A stretch of 64,000 nt of DNA, from positions 32,001-96,000 of the forward strand of contig JBNKUM010000024.1 of the NCBI GenBank assembly GCA_050298595.1. Reading direction: 5' to 3'. This document shows, piece after piece, positions 30,214 to 41,167 of the stretch. Source of the DNA: Gammaproteobacteria bacterium. Its GTDB lineage: Bacteria > Pseudomonadota > Gammaproteobacteria > GCA-001735895. Under the pieces are notes generated by a model. That model did no database searches and was not told where the DNA came from. It was given only the letters and a program-made list of their open reading frames with translations. The first letter of the stretch is position 1, and each line of letters starts with the position of its first letter. The position numbers and the translations under genes are program-made.

Positions 30214-33200
30214 GTGCTGACTAAAATCACTCTCAAAATTTTTAAATTATTTTTCCTGTCTAGTCTGCTATTTACGATAAGTAACGCGCAAGCTCAGGAA
30301 AAAGAAAATCTACGCCCCGTCACACTGCAACTGCTGTGGAAGCATCAATTTGAATTCGCCGGTTTTTACGCCGCCAAAGCTAAAGGCTTTTATCAGGCAG
30401 CAGGACTGGATGTAAGAATCCTGCCCTTCAACCCGGATGACAAGCCCCCTGTAGAAAAAGTTATTAGCGGTGAAGCAGATTTTGCCGTTGGTGACTCGAC
30501 CATCATCATTAATCGAGCAAAGGGTTATCCGGTAAAACTTCTGGCAAATATATTCCAGCACAGTCCCTACGTATTAATCACGCTTGCTGATTCTGGCATT
30601 AGTTCGCCCGCACAAATGGTGGGTAAGAAAATCATGCTAGCTAAACGCGAAGAAATCAATGCAGAAATAAAGTCGATGCTGGCAGCAGAATCAATAAGCC
30701 TTGATCAAATACAGGTTGTTGAACATACCTCCAGAGTCGATCAACTGGTGAATGGCGAGGTGGATATCATGTCGGCCTATGCATCCAATGAACCCGCATT
30801 ACTCAAGCAAATGGGCATTAAAATTAACATCATCAACCCGCTAAACTATGGCGTCGACTTCTATAGCGATAATATCTACACCAGCGAAGAAAAAGAACAA
30901 AATGATCGCCCGATGGTAGATGCTTTTACCCAGGCAAGCATTAAAGGTTGGCAGTATGCTTTGCAAAACAGAAACGAAATTATAGACCTGATTATTAATC
31001 AGTACTCTCAGGAAAAATCTCGAGAAACTCTACAATACGAAGCTGATGCCATCGAGAAATATATACTACCCAACCATATTCCAATAGGTGACATCAAAGT
31101 AAACCGCCTACAGAGAATCGCCGACAGCTATAAAAATCTTGGCATGATACCAAAGGAATTTTCTATTAAAGGCTTATTTTCCGATACTGCACAGGCTAGC
31201 CACGAACTTAAACTGAGCCTGAACGAACAGCAATGGATCAGAAATAATAGAACCGTAATCATTGGTGTTGATCCAGACTGGGCGCCTTTTGAATTCATCG
31301 ATACTGATGGAAACTATTCTGGCATGGCATCAGATTTCATCAATCTCATTGCAAAGAAAACAGGCTTAAGCTTTAAGGTGCAGAGCAATGACACCTGGCT
31401 GGATGTCATAAATAGTGCCAAAGCAGGGAAACTGGATATGCTGCCTGCAGTCAGCTGGTCCGCACAAAGAAGCGAGTACCTGAATTTCACATCCCCACAT
31501 ATGATTTATCCAATGGTAATTCTTACTAATAAGGATAGTGATTTCATTGGTCACGATGACCTCGATAATAAAAGCGTTATTGTCGTAGATGGATACATCA
31601 CAGAGGAGTTATTGAGAGAAAACCACCCAGAAATAAATCTGATTGAAGCCAAAAATATAAACCAGGCTCTCGACATACTTTCTTCCAACAATGCCGATGC
31701 ATTCATCGATAACCTTGCCAGTATTACCCACTCAATAAATAAACGCGGGATCAATAACTTACGCATCTCGGGCACTACGCCTTACGATTTTGAACTGGGT
31801 TTAGCCGTCATTAAAGAAAAACCAGTGCTGTTTCATATACTACAAAAGACGATTAATTCAATCTCAGAACAGGAGCGCAAAGCCATCCGGGATAAATGGA
31901 TAAATTTGCGTACAGAATCACCCCTGCCGCTAAAAACAATTCTACAAATTGCAACCATTACGGCTGTATTTCTGCTCATGATGATTTTCTGGAACCGTAA
32001 ACTATCAGCTGAAGTTGAAAGCAGAAAAATTTATGAAACTGAACTGGCTTCCAAAGAAAAACGATTTCGAGAATTGTTTGAAAATAACATGGCTGCAGAG
32101 TTACTCATAGATCCAGAAACAGGAAAGATTATTGATGCAAATAATGCAGCCATTCGTTTTTATGGTTACCGCAAAGAGGAAATAAAACAAAAAAACATTA
32201 GCGATATTAATTTATTATATAACCAACAAACTTTACAGCGACTCGCCGATATTAGCCGTAACAAGGGCGCTCAATTTTTTTCTAAGCATCGATTAAATAA
32301 TGGTGAAACTAGAGATGTAGAAATACTCTCAGGGCCGATAAACTGGGATGGAAAGCAGTTACTCTATTCCATCGTCCATGACATTACTGACCGCATAGTC
32401 GCTGAAAATGCATTAATATCAGCTAAAGCAGAAGCAGAAAAAGCCAATCGCATTAAAAGTGAATTCCTGGCTAATATGAGTCATGAAATCCGCACCCCGA
32501 TGAATAGTGTCATCGGCATGGTTGAGTTACTTCAGGATACCAATCTTGATAAAGAACAAAAAAAGATGCTGGAGATTATTCAAAGCTCCGGCAGGGTTCT
32601 AATTACCATCATCAACGATATTCTTGATTTTTCCAAGCTTGAAGCCAGTCGCATGGTGATAGATCCACAACCGTTTCAATTAAAGCCTTTCCTGCATGAG
32701 CTTATTGATAGTTTACTCAGTAGCGCCAGCGAAAAATCACTGGAACTTTCTATTGAATTTACTGAAGAGTATGATTTTCTTGTCAATAGCGACGAAACCA
32801 AACTGCGCCAAATTTTAACCAACCTGATTAGCAATGCTATTAAGTTCACAAAACAGGGGTCTGTGACGCTAAGAGTCACCAGGCAGAATATTGATGATAA
32901 AACGGCTAATTTCCAGTTTCAGGTCATCGATACAGGTATAGGAATATTCAAAGATAAGATTGATCAATTATTTGAATCTTTTACCCAGGCTGAACAATCT
33001 ACTACGCGTCAGTTTGGAGGTACCGGTCTTGGTCTGGCCATCAGCAAAAAACTGAGCAACTTAATGGGGGGGGATATTCAGGTAGATTCCTTTCCAGGAA
33101 AGGGATCTACTTTCACCTTAACGATTCCGGCATCTTATAGCCAGATCGCTGAAGCAGACACAATGAGTTCCACTCAACGACATCAAACTACAGGTATTAC

Positions 33201-33963
33201 AAATAATTTTGATGCACAGCTGCTAGTCTGTGAAGATGTTTTACCAAACCGCATAGTGATTAATAAAATGTTGCAGAAATTTGGTATCAGCTGTGATTTT
33301 GCTGAGAATGGTCAGCAGGCTGTAGACCATGTTAAAGCGAAAAAATACGATCTGGTTTTGATGGACTGTCAAATGCCCATTCTGGATGGATATAGAGCGA
33401 CTCAACAGATAAGAGCGTTTGATCGTGAAACACCGATCCTGGCCCTAACCGCCAATGTAACCCAGGAAGATCACGCAAAAGCTCTTGATGCAGGAATGAA
33501 TGATGTGATAACCAAACCGGTACAACTCGACAGCCTGGAACAATCTCTCACCCAATGGCTAGAAAAAAAAATTATTGCAACACCAATAAATTCGGCAGCT
33601 GAAAAAACCGTATCAACAAAACAAAAATCCTCAGCCATAAACTTTGAACAACTGGAGAAGTTAAAGAATGATATGGAAGAATCCTTCGAGGAGATTTATC
33701 ACTCAATATTATTGACTATTCCATCGCTCATCGACGAGCTTGAAACTGCTGTAAACGATAATGAAACCATTACTCGCCTGTTTCACAGCTTAAAAACACC
33801 TTTCGCATCAATAGGTGCACATAAGCTGGCAGAACTGGCAGCAGAATACGAACAACAGGCTCGTGATAATCAGATAGAAGACCTTGCCTTAGCGGTTGAA
33901 AATTTACGTCAGCATTTCAGGCAGGTAGAGGGGGAATTAAAGAGCTTTCCTGTCAGCGCCTGA
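30214..33963 (+). CDS. Hybrid sensor kinase (NMT1/THI5-like SBP, family-3 SBP, PAS, HisKA, HATPase, REC, HPt)
   Basis: LLWKHQFEFAGFYAA; GVDPDWAPFEF; EFLANMSHEIRTPMN; GGTGLGL; LMDCQMP; RLFHSLK. Confidence 0.9.
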   Translation: MLTKITLKIFKLFFLSSLLFTISNAQAQEKENLRPVTLQLLWKHQFEFAGFYAAKAKGFYQAAGLDVRILPFNPDDKPPVEKVISGEADFAVGDSTIIINRAKGYPVKLLANIFQHSPYVLITLADSGISSPAQMVGKKIMLAKREEINAEIKSMLAAESISLDQIQVVEHTSRVDQLVNGEVDIMSAYASNEPALLKQMGIKINIINPLNYGVDFYSDNIYTSEEKEQNDRPMVDAFTQASIKGWQYALQNRNEIIDLIINQYSQEKSRETLQYEADAIEKYILPNHIPIGDIKVNRLQRIADSYKNLGMIPKEFSIKGLFSDTAQASHELKLSLNEQQWIRNNRTVIIGVDPDWAPFEFIDTDGNYSGMASDFINLIAKKTGLSFKVQSNDTWLDVINSAKAGKLDMLPAVSWSAQRSEYLNFTSPHMIYPMVILTNKDSDFIGHDDLDNKSVIVVDGYITEELLRENHPEINLIEAKNINQALDILSSNNADAFIDNLASITHSINKRGINNLRISGTTPYDFELGLAVIKEKPVLFHILQKTINSISEQERKAIRDKWINLRTESPLPLKTILQIATITAVFLLMMIFWNRKLSAEVESRKIYETELASKEKRFRELFENNMAAELLIDPETGKIIDANNAAIRFYGYRKEEIKQKNISDINLLYNQQTLQRLADISRNKGAQFFSKHRLNNGETRDVEILSGPINWDGKQLLYSIVHDITDRIVAENALISAKAEAEKANRIKSEFLANMSHEIRTPMNSVIGMVELLQDTNLDKEQKKMLEIIQSSGRVLITIINDILDFSKLEASRMVIDPQPFQLKPFLHELIDSLLSSASEKSLELSIEFTEEYDFLVNSDETKLRQILTNLISNAIKFTKQGSVTLRVTRQNIDDKTANFQFQVIDTGIGIFKDKIDQLFESFTQAEQSTTRQFGGTGLGLAISKKLSNLMGGDIQVDSFPGKGSTFTLTIPASYSQIAEADTMSSTQRHQTTGITNNFDAQLLVCEDVLPNRIVINKMLQKFGISCDFAENGQQAVDHVKAKKYDLVLMDCQMPILDGYRATQQIRAFDRETPILALTANVTQEDHAKALDAGMNDVITKPVQLDSLEQSLTQWLEKKIIATPINSAAEKTVSTKQKSSAINFEQLEKLKNDMEESFEEIYHSILLTIPSLIDELETAVNDNETITRLFHSLKTPFASIGAHKLAELAAEYEQQARDNQIEDLALAVENLRQHFRQVEGELKSFPVSA

Positions 33964-33983
33964 TTTTTTCAGGCACTGACAGG
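33949..33983. terminator. Hairpin between the convergent kinase and pntB genes
   Basis: CCTGTCAG-C-GCCTGA-TTTTT-TCAGGC-A-CTGACAGG; the single mismatch is a G.U pair on the minus strand. Confidence 0.7.
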
Positions 33984-33990
33984 GTAAATA

Positions 33991-35385
33991 TTAACTTAGA
34001 GCTTTAACCAGCTCATCCATATTGGATTTAGCATCACCGAACAGCATGCGAGTATTTTCCTTATGGAATAAAGGATTTTCAACACCGGCATATCCTGTTG
34101 CCATACTACGCTTGAGTACGACGCAAAGTTTACTCTTCCAGACTTCAAGCACAGGCATGCCAGAGATCGGACTACCTGGATCCTCCAGCGCTGCGGGATT
34201 AACCGTGTCGTTCGCGCCAATAACCAGAGTCACGTCAATATTTGGGAAGTCATCGTTGACCTCTTCCATTTCGAATACGACATCATAAGGCACCTTGGCT
34301 TCTGCCAGTAACACATTCATATGTCCAGGCATACGACCCGCTACAGGATGTATACCAAAAATCACATTTACCCCTTTTCTCATCAGGATACTGGTCACCT
34401 CAGACACTGCACGTTGTGCCTGCGCCATCGCCATACCATATCCAGGTACAATCATCACCTTCTTAGCAGCACTTAACTGCTGTGCAACCTCTACCACCGA
34501 GGTTGCGATAACTTCACCAGCAACATCTCCAGAAGCAGTACTCTTGCTGGTTGTGGTACCAAAACCACCGGCAATAACGCTAAAGAAATTACGGTTCATA
34601 GCACGACACATGATGTAACTCAGAATGGCACCACTACTTCCGACTAATGCACCTGTCACAATCAGCAAATCATTTGCCAGCATAAAACCAGTAGCCGCAG
34701 CTGCCCATCCGGAATAACTATTCAGCATGGAAATAACTACCGGCATATCGGCACCACCAATGGCAATAACCATATGTACGCCAAATACCAGCGCGATAAC
34801 AGTCATGATGATTAATGGCGTATAGGCATCCGCCAGGGTATCTGCCTGTATAAACTGGTAACCATAAAAAATAGCAACCAGAAACATGATGAGATTTATC
34901 GTATGACGGGCTGGTAATAATACAGGACGCGAACTGATCATCGCACTCAATTTACCGAAGGCAATAACCGAACCGGAAAACGTCATAGCACCGATAAAGA
35001 CACCCAGATAAACCTCGACATCATGAATCACTTTCTCAGCTCCCTGAAAATGCATTTCAGGATCCAGATAAGTGGCATAGCCAACCGTTACTGCCGCCAG
35101 ACCAACCAGACTGTGCAATAGCGCCACCAGCTGTGGCATCTGAGTCATCCTGACTTTCTTCGCCAGCACAAAGCCCAGAATAGCACCAGGCAACATACAG
35201 ATGATAACAACCCAATAGCTGGTAACCGCATCACTGAATACCGTAGCAATAATCGCCAACGCCATACCCAGCATGCCGAATAAATTACCACGACGTGCAT
35301 TTTCGTTACTACTTAAACCACCCAGAGCCAGAATGAAGAGGATAGAGGCAGCCAAATAAATCGCATTGATTAAACCTGATGACAT
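33991..35385 (-). CDS. pntB: NAD(P) transhydrogenase beta subunit
   Basis: [51 protein letters not shown]. Confidence 0.97.
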   Translation of the reverse strand: MSSGLINAIYLAASILFILALGGLSSNENARRGNLFGMLGMALAIIATVFSDAVTSYWVVIICMLPGAILGFVLAKKVRMTQMPQLVALLHSLVGLAAVTVGYATYLDPEMHFQGAEKVIHDVEVYLGVFIGAMTFSGSVIAFGKLSAMISSRPVLLPARHTINLIMFLVAIFYGYQFIQADTLADAYTPLIIMTVIALVFGVHMVIAIGGADMPVVISMLNSYSGWAAAATGFMLANDLLIVTGALVGSSGAILSYIMCRAMNRNFFSVIAGGFGTTTSKSTASGDVAGEVIATSVVEVAQQLSAAKKVMIVPGYGMAMAQAQRAVSEVTSILMRKGVNVIFGIHPVAGRMPGHMNVLLAEAKVPYDVVFEMEEVNDDFPNIDVTLVIGANDTVNPAALEDPGSPISGMPVLEVWKSKLCVVLKRSMATGYAGVENPLFHKENTRMLFGDAKSNMDELVKALS

Positions 35386-35388
35386 GAC

Positions 35389-36963
35389 TTACTCTCCAAA
35401 CATTTTCAGCATACGCTGAGTAACTGCAAAACCACCGACAATATTTATTGTGGCTACTAAAATAGCCAGCGCCGATAGCAGCATAATCAAACTACTTTGT
35501 GATGAAACCTGAATCAAGGCACCAATTACAATGATGCTACTGATCGCATTGGTCACACTCATCAAAGGCGTATGCAGAGAAGGAGTCACATTCCAGATAA
35601 CCATATAACCGATAAAGCAGGACAATACAAAAACGGTAAAGTGCCCCATGAAAGAAGGCGGTGCATAGGCACCCATAGCGAATAACAATAATCCGCCCAG
35701 ACCAATAGGCATCAGCTTTTTAAACACCTGCATGATCGCCGAGGGTTCGTCATGAAGTAAAGGTTCTACATTAGCTTCTGCCACCGGTTTTTCACTGTAG
35801 CCAGGTTGACGAGCTGCAACTTCGATAACCGGTGCTGGCCAGGTGATTTCACCATCTTTAACCACCGTGGCACCACGAATGACCACATCTTCAAAATCCA
35901 GTTGCAGAGGAGCGTTAACATCTTTAACCAGTTCATCCATCATATTCAGCAGATTGGATGCATAAAGCTGACTAGCCTGAGCTGGCAGGCGGCTAGGAAG
36001 ATCGGTATAACCAATAAGTGTGACCCCATTTTTAGAAACCACGCGATGCGGTACCGTCAACTCACAGTTACCACCCTGCTCGGCTGCCAGATCTACGATG
36101 ACACTACCCTGCTTCATCGACTTAACCATTTCAGCAGTGATCAGTTTAGGTGCCGGTTTACCAGGGATTAACGCGGTAGTGATAATAATATCGACATCTT
36201 TGGCCTGTTCGGCAAACAACGCCATTTCTGCATCGATAAACTCCTGACTCATCTGCTTGGCATAACCACCAGCACCAGAGCCATCTTCTTCAAAATCCAG
36301 TTCCAGAAATTCAGCATCCATACTCATAATCTGATCCTTAACTTCTGGACGTGTATCAAAAGCACGCACAATAGCACCTAGAGATTTTGCAGTTCCAATG
36401 GCCGCCAGACCGGCAACACCCGCACCGATTACCATCACCTTAGCAGGTGGCACCTTACCCGCTGCAGTAATCTGACCGGTAAAAAAACGTCCAAAATGAT
36501 TGGACGCTTCAATCACTGCACGATAGCCAGCAATATTCGCCATCGAGCTCAGCGCATCCAGCTTTTGCGCACGAGAGATCCGAGGTACTGCATCCACCGA
36601 CATCGCATTAATGCCCTTGTCGGCCAATGCTTTAAGCATCTCAGCACTTTGCGCTGGCCATAAGAAACAGATCAGTAATGAACCTTTCGGTATCAAATCT
36701 AACTCATTCACACCTGTTTCTGGGTGTTTCTGCGGCGCACGCACTTTTAAAATGATATCTGCATTGGCGTATAAATCTTTCGCCTCTGCAACAATCTCAA
36801 CACCTACCTCACGAAAAGCCTTATCAGAAAAGCTGGCCGCCATTCCGGCCTGACTTTCGACTGCTACGGTAAAACCTTTTTTGATAAGCTTTTCTGCTAT
36901 ATCCGGAGTCGTGGCAACGCGTTTCTCACCTGCCTGGATCTCTTTTGGAATGACTATCCTCAT
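35389..36963 (-). CDS. pntA: NAD(P) transhydrogenase alpha subunit
   Basis: [41 protein letters not shown]. Confidence 0.97.
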   Translation of the reverse strand: MRIVIPKEIQAGEKRVATTPDIAEKLIKKGFTVAVESQAGMAASFSDKAFREVGVEIVAEAKDLYANADIILKVRAPQKHPETGVNELDLIPKGSLLICFLWPAQSAEMLKALADKGINAMSVDAVPRISRAQKLDALSSMANIAGYRAVIEASNHFGRFFTGQITAAGKVPPAKVMVIGAGVAGLAAIGTAKSLGAIVRAFDTRPEVKDQIMSMDAEFLELDFEEDGSGAGGYAKQMSQEFIDAEMALFAEQAKDVDIIITTALIPGKPAPKLITAEMVKSMKQGSVIVDLAAEQGGNCELTVPHRVVSKNGVTLIGYTDLPSRLPAQASQLYASNLLNMMDELVKDVNAPLQLDFEDVVIRGATVVKDGEITWPAPVIEVAARQPGYSEKPVAEANVEPLLHDEPSAIMQVFKKLMPIGLGGLLLFAMGAYAPPSFMGHFTVFVLSCFIGYMVIWNVTPSLHTPLMSVTNAISSIIVIGALIQVSSQSSLIMLLSALAILVATINIVGGFAVTQRMLKMFGE

Positions 36964-37384
36964 TTAATACCCCTTATTATTTAACTAAATCTGTGCTTAT
37001 AATCTGTAGCCTTCAGCATAACTGTAGACCGCTAGAAACCAAAAGACCTTAACTTGAAAAACGTTCTGATGAAACTACTGAAGAGACTATAGTTGAGAGT
37101 TCTTTTGAGATTTTTGGGCTTTATTTCCCATAAACAGCTCTGTATATTAATATTCTCTTATGCAGATTACCAGTCCTATCAGCTACAAAATTTGTCACAT
37201 TGCTTCTAATGCCAGCTAATATTGCTCAGGAATAGCATTCAGAATAGAGAAATGGTGTGCTTGAGTGGTTATTTGGCTGGTGATGATGAAATGATGCAGC
37301 CACTGACTGGATAATTCCATACTCTGGTGCTTGTATTCATCGCTTTCCAGCTAACGACGAGCCTGGTTGCAGATTAGTGAAGAG

Positions 37385-37957
37385 CTACTTCCAACTGAAC
37401 TCGCCGTTAAAGGTGGTACATTCGGTGACAGAGTTTGACGCATCATCAATATAGATTTGCTGTTTAGCCGAAACGGGATAAGTTAAATAGGCTGAGCATT
37501 CAGCACTTTGTCCAGTGCCAACGACCACCTTTGTTTCTGGCTTAAGCGTACAGCTAACTAGTTTATCCAATGGTGACCACTGGTAACAGATTTCATATTC
37601 AGAGCGGTATTTGGCAACCTCACCTGAGGGCTGCTGAAATGCCCACCATTTACCAAATTTGCTATCCGGGTTAGTGCTATTCCATGCTCGGTAGAGAGTA
37701 ACCTGTGCATCTTTCTTACTTTTATAAACCCGTCCTGTACATAGCTTTCCCTGCTTAGGACCGCCCAACGATTCATTCAAAAGCTGTTTATCCTCAACGG
37801 CTTCAAACTGACTGGCGATATTGTGTGGAAGATTTGAACTGCCCAGGCACAGCTGCTCTGTGTTGGTGGTTTGAGTTTCTTGCTCAACTGGATAGCTCGC
37901 GCAACCATAAAGCACGAGTATCAATAAGACTGTTAATAGTTTTTTAGCCCTCATCAT
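37385..37957 (-). CDS. Hypothetical Cys-rich lipoprotein
   Basis: Lipobox VLYGC plus six further Cys; YRAW...GKWW...YR...VVVG...QQIYI pattern. Confidence 0.75.
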   Translation of the reverse strand: MMRAKKLLTVLLILVLYGCASYPVEQETQTTNTEQLCLGSSNLPHNIASQFEAVEDKQLLNESLGGPKQGKLCTGRVYKSKKDAQVTLYRAWNSTNPDSKFGKWWAFQQPSGEVAKYRSEYEICYQWSPLDKLVSCTLKPETKVVVGTGQSAECSAYLTYPVSAKQQIYIDDASNSVTECTTFNGEFSWK

Positions 37958-37959
37958 GT

Positions 37960-38370
37960 TTATACCCTAGGAGCTTTTAACAACAGCTCCCCCATCAGCT
38001 CTGATACAACCCATTCCTCAGCAATTTTATCTTTGTCAAAGTGGGTAACAACCATATCAATCCATTCCACTTTTTTTCCTGAAGCAGGTATCCCCTTCAT
38101 CTCTACTGTGTGCGTACCTGTTAATGTGCGCTGCCAGACGATAGTATTTGTATCCTGTGCCAGGAATTTAACTTCTAGCACGTGAATATCTGGAATTGCA
38201 CTACGTAGCTGATTCACAAAACTTTTTATAAAAGTATGCCCGCTGTATTCTTTTGCTCCAGCATGGGCGATATAATCAGTGGTAAAGGTCTCATCTATAA
38301 TTGCCAGTTTACCCTTCCCAATTAACTCTTCAAAAGCATGCCTGATCAGTTCTTTTTTATCCTTACTCAT
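37960..38370 (-). CDS. SnoaL-like ester cyclase / NTF2-fold protein
   Basis: RSAIPDI...TGTH...GIPASGKKV....HF...KIAEEW. Confidence 0.85.
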   Translation of the reverse strand: MSKDKKELIRHAFEELIGKGKLAIIDETFTTDYIAHAGAKEYSGHTFIKSFVNQLRSAIPDIHVLEVKFLAQDTNTIVWQRTLTGTHTVEMKGIPASGKKVEWIDMVVTHFDKDKIAEEWVVSELMGELLLKAPRV

Positions 38371-38428
38371 TTTTTCAACCGGTTATAACCATTCTCTAAT
38401 CTTTTCATAAAAAATAATTATCAGGGAA

Positions 38429-39880
38429 TCAGGCTGGGCTAATTTCAAAAACCTTTTCCGAAGGCAGTCGAACCAGAGTGATATCAATGATGGTGGTGCG
38501 AAAACTTTGCAATATCGCTTTGATATCATCCGAACTGAGATGCAGGTTCATAGGTACATAGCTGATGTCACTAGATTCGGCTTCGAGGCCGGTAATTTCC
38601 ACATCCATTTCTGCAATATCGGCTAGCTGATCTTTCCAGATTTTTTTACTCTTATCGAATTTTTGTGTTCTTAGATAAAAGGTTATCGAGCCTTTGTCTT
38701 TTTCATGTGTATGCTGGTCTTCTATCATCTTCTCCAGCCTGGGCTGATCCTTATTTTTCGGCTTTGAATTGAAGCGCACATCGAAATGGTCTACGGCTTT
38801 TCCAAACTGATCTTTTAGACGAAAAATAAGTTGCGCATGGCCTTCATACTGCTGTTGTTTATCCCACTCAAAAATATTTGATTTTAATTTGGCCGCACGT
38901 TCAAAGGTTTTGTCCATTGCCTTCTGGTATTGCTCTACTGTCTTCTGATAATAGATGCTCCCGGATTTGGTATTTAGCCCCTGCTTGATAAGAGGCATCA
39001 CAGCAGCACGGTTTTTACTTCCACTCACGATGCCGATATCATCTCCAAAATGAGCAGTTTCATAAGCCACAGCAAAAGGCACCTGTGCTCGATTCTGGCT
39101 TAAACAGCTTAGGTCGTAGTCATAATTAATATCTTGAAACTGTTTGTCATCCAGGCGTTTGTTGATCAGCGTTTTCAATGCCCTCACTCCTAGCTTAAAA
39201 GCACGAGGTTTCGGTTTCACTGAGATGTAGTTAAAGTTCAGGTTACCCGCACTGGTTCGTACCGTATTGTCGGCAGAGTCTTCCTTCACATACCGAATGG
39301 GTATAGGGCGTAAAATACTGAGCGTTTGCGAGCCAATAATACAGAATTCCTGAACCTGGTAATCATTCAACATATCGTTCCCAGGTTGTAAGAAATGCAG
39401 ATGCATATCCAGAGTCTTCCATGAGCCGAATTCCAGCTCATCTAAAACCTGAGTGCCACGACCAGTTCCCGTGAAAATAAGTCTCCCCCAGCGTGACAAC
39501 TGACCTTTACCGATATGTGCCAGGCCACTGCCAAAATTCGCTCCTGCCAGATGAATGAGATTATTGACGGGTGAAGGTTTGGGACTAAATTTACTAATCC
39601 AGTTGCGCACCACCAATGCACCGGTACTGTGAATGATGACATGGAAGCCATTCTTCAGTAGATCCGGATGATCAGCCTTGAGAGCCCTGTCCATGGCAAA
39701 ACTGACATCGTCCAGAGAGACACCATCACTGAGCGATATCCAGCGACTGAGGTTGATCTCTTTTACATTATCCCTGCCATAAAGTTTACGTAGCTCTGCA
39801 GGTAGAGAGCCATAGATATCTTTTGCTTTGGTATCTTTGCCCTCTGATGAATAACCGTGAATTAAGAGTATGGGATCCAT
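38429..39880 (-). CDS. Alpha/beta-hydrolase (lipase/esterase-like) with C-terminal extension
   Basis: Oxyanion LIHGYS, nucleophile elbow IIHSTGAL, LAGANFGS, DNTVR. Start moved to ATG 39880, which has an AGGAG RBS. Confidence 0.8.
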   Translation of the reverse strand: MDPILLIHGYSSEGKDTKAKDIYGSLPAELRKLYGRDNVKEINLSRWISLSDGVSLDDVSFAMDRALKADHPDLLKNGFHVIIHSTGALVVRNWISKFSPKPSPVNNLIHLAGANFGSGLAHIGKGQLSRWGRLIFTGTGRGTQVLDELEFGSWKTLDMHLHFLQPGNDMLNDYQVQEFCIIGSQTLSILRPIPIRYVKEDSADNTVRTSAGNLNFNYISVKPKPRAFKLGVRALKTLINKRLDDKQFQDINYDYDLSCLSQNRAQVPFAVAYETAHFGDDIGIVSGSKNRAAVMPLIKQGLNTKSGSIYYQKTVEQYQKAMDKTFERAAKLKSNIFEWDKQQQYEGHAQLIFRLKDQFGKAVDHFDVRFNSKPKNKDQPRLEKMIEDQHTHEKDKGSITFYLRTQKFDKSKKIWKDQLADIAEMDVEITGLEAESSDISYVPMNLHLSSDDIKAILQSFRTTIIDITLVRLPSEKVFEISPA

Positions 39881-40105
39881 GCTTGCTCCTTTATTTTTTG
39901 AGTTAGTTCTGGAAAGCGGCAGGTTTTTCCTCGTATCAGAGGACAAAATATACTCCTGTTTCCATCACTCTGAAACCCCCTAATAGTAGAGATATAATTT
40001 GCAACAATCTGGTACTGATCTCTGGCTATCATCAGCACTTCACAACAAACCTTATAAACTTCATATGATTCCAGCTCCATGGCAGCTCTGATCTGTATAT
40101 TCTGT

Positions 40106-40178
40106 CTCTGCGAGACTGAAGCATACGGATCCCGGAGTGCAACGCCGAAGATATGAGCTTCAGGCCTCTCCAACGGGG
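40106..40178 (+). ncRNA. Candidate structured RNA resembling a degenerate glycine-riboswitch aptamer
   Basis: CTCTG-CGAGA...CGCCGAAG...CTTCAGGC...CGGGG with pairable arms; not tested against a covariance model. Confidence 0.3.
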
Positions 40179-40376
40179 CTTACAGGTTTAGCTACTCGTC
40201 TTTGTGAGTTGACTGGATACTCGAATCAAACTTATCTACGGTACTGGAAAAAATAGAATAAATTTTTCAGGCTATCCATGGTTAGTCTTATCGGCTAAAG
40301 TTATGCAGGTATATTAGGCAGCCTGTAGTTAATATAAAGACAGGCACTCGATAAAAAAGAATCCAACACGGAAACC

Positions 40377-41036
40377 ATGGATAACAATTCTTTGTACACG
40401 CCACCCACTGCCGATCTGAAAACTGCTCAGGAACTACCTGTAAACTACAGCAGCAGTGCTTTAACCGCCTCCAGACTAAAACTTCTTGGGTGGCTATTTG
40501 TTATGGACTTTATCCTGACAATACCTCTGACAGGATTCGATGTCATGAGCGGAACGACAGAGGCCCTTGACCCATACAAAAATATCATCCAGATACTATC
40601 TTTGCTAAGCACCTTCATCTGGTCCTACCTGATGATTATGTTCAGAAAATTCCTCAACCTGAGGTTTGAATTTTATAGAGTAGATTTACTCATTAATATA
40701 CTGATCTTTATATCCATAATGATGGGGATCATTCCTTTTGCCTCGTTAAATGAAGAAATTATTGCGGGTATTAAACTCGAAAGTTTAATCGTTTTCACAT
40801 TACTTCTGCCTTATGGACTGGTGACATTCCTGAGCGGAAAACGCCTGTTAACTATAGCCGACCGATTTCCTTACCTGAAAGGATTCTCGTGGTTAAGTAT
40901 GATATCCGGTATCTTAACAACGAGTATCGTATTATTTGTATTCTCTATCCCTCTATATATCGTGATGGAGCTTTTCATAGCTCTGATATTTTTTGAAGCT
41001 GCGCGTGAACGCCGCGAGTGGCAGGCTGTTCAATAG
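40377..41036 (+). CDS. Hypothetical multi-pass membrane protein with N-terminal SLYTPPTADL motif
   Basis: About 6 hydrophobic segments; 219 aa. Confidence 0.75.
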   Translation: MDNNSLYTPPTADLKTAQELPVNYSSSALTASRLKLLGWLFVMDFILTIPLTGFDVMSGTTEALDPYKNIIQILSLLSTFIWSYLMIMFRKFLNLRFEFYRVDLLINILIFISIMMGIIPFASLNEEIIAGIKLESLIVFTLLLPYGLVTFLSGKRLLTIADRFPYLKGFSWLSMISGILTTSIVLFVFSIPLYIVMELFIALIFFEAARERREWQAVQ

Positions 41037-41075
41037 AGCCGTCTAAAAAATAATTCTTTAAACCGAGCAACAAGA

Positions 41076-41105
41076 ATAGATAACGCCGAATTCGACGCTA
41101 TCTAT
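41076..41105. terminator. 30-bp near-palindrome between convergent genes
   Basis: ATAGATAACGCCGAATTCGACGCTATCTAT; both mismatches are G.U pairs on the minus-strand RNA. Confidence 0.6.
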
Positions 41106-41167
41106 CCTCATCAATTTACTAAAGTTGAAAAAATGCTTTAACGCTTAATCATTAATAATCAGCGGTC

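Noticed and set aside
37345-37384. GTTAGCT downstream of the lipoprotein gene on the minus strand, suggesting an integron attC site
   Set aside because: No proper RYYYAAC partner, too short for an attC, no second site and no integrase.
39862-40173. 103-aa minus-strand ORF upstream of the hydrolase
   Set aside because: TTG start, no recognisable motif, and it overlaps the hydrolase start; more likely non-coding.
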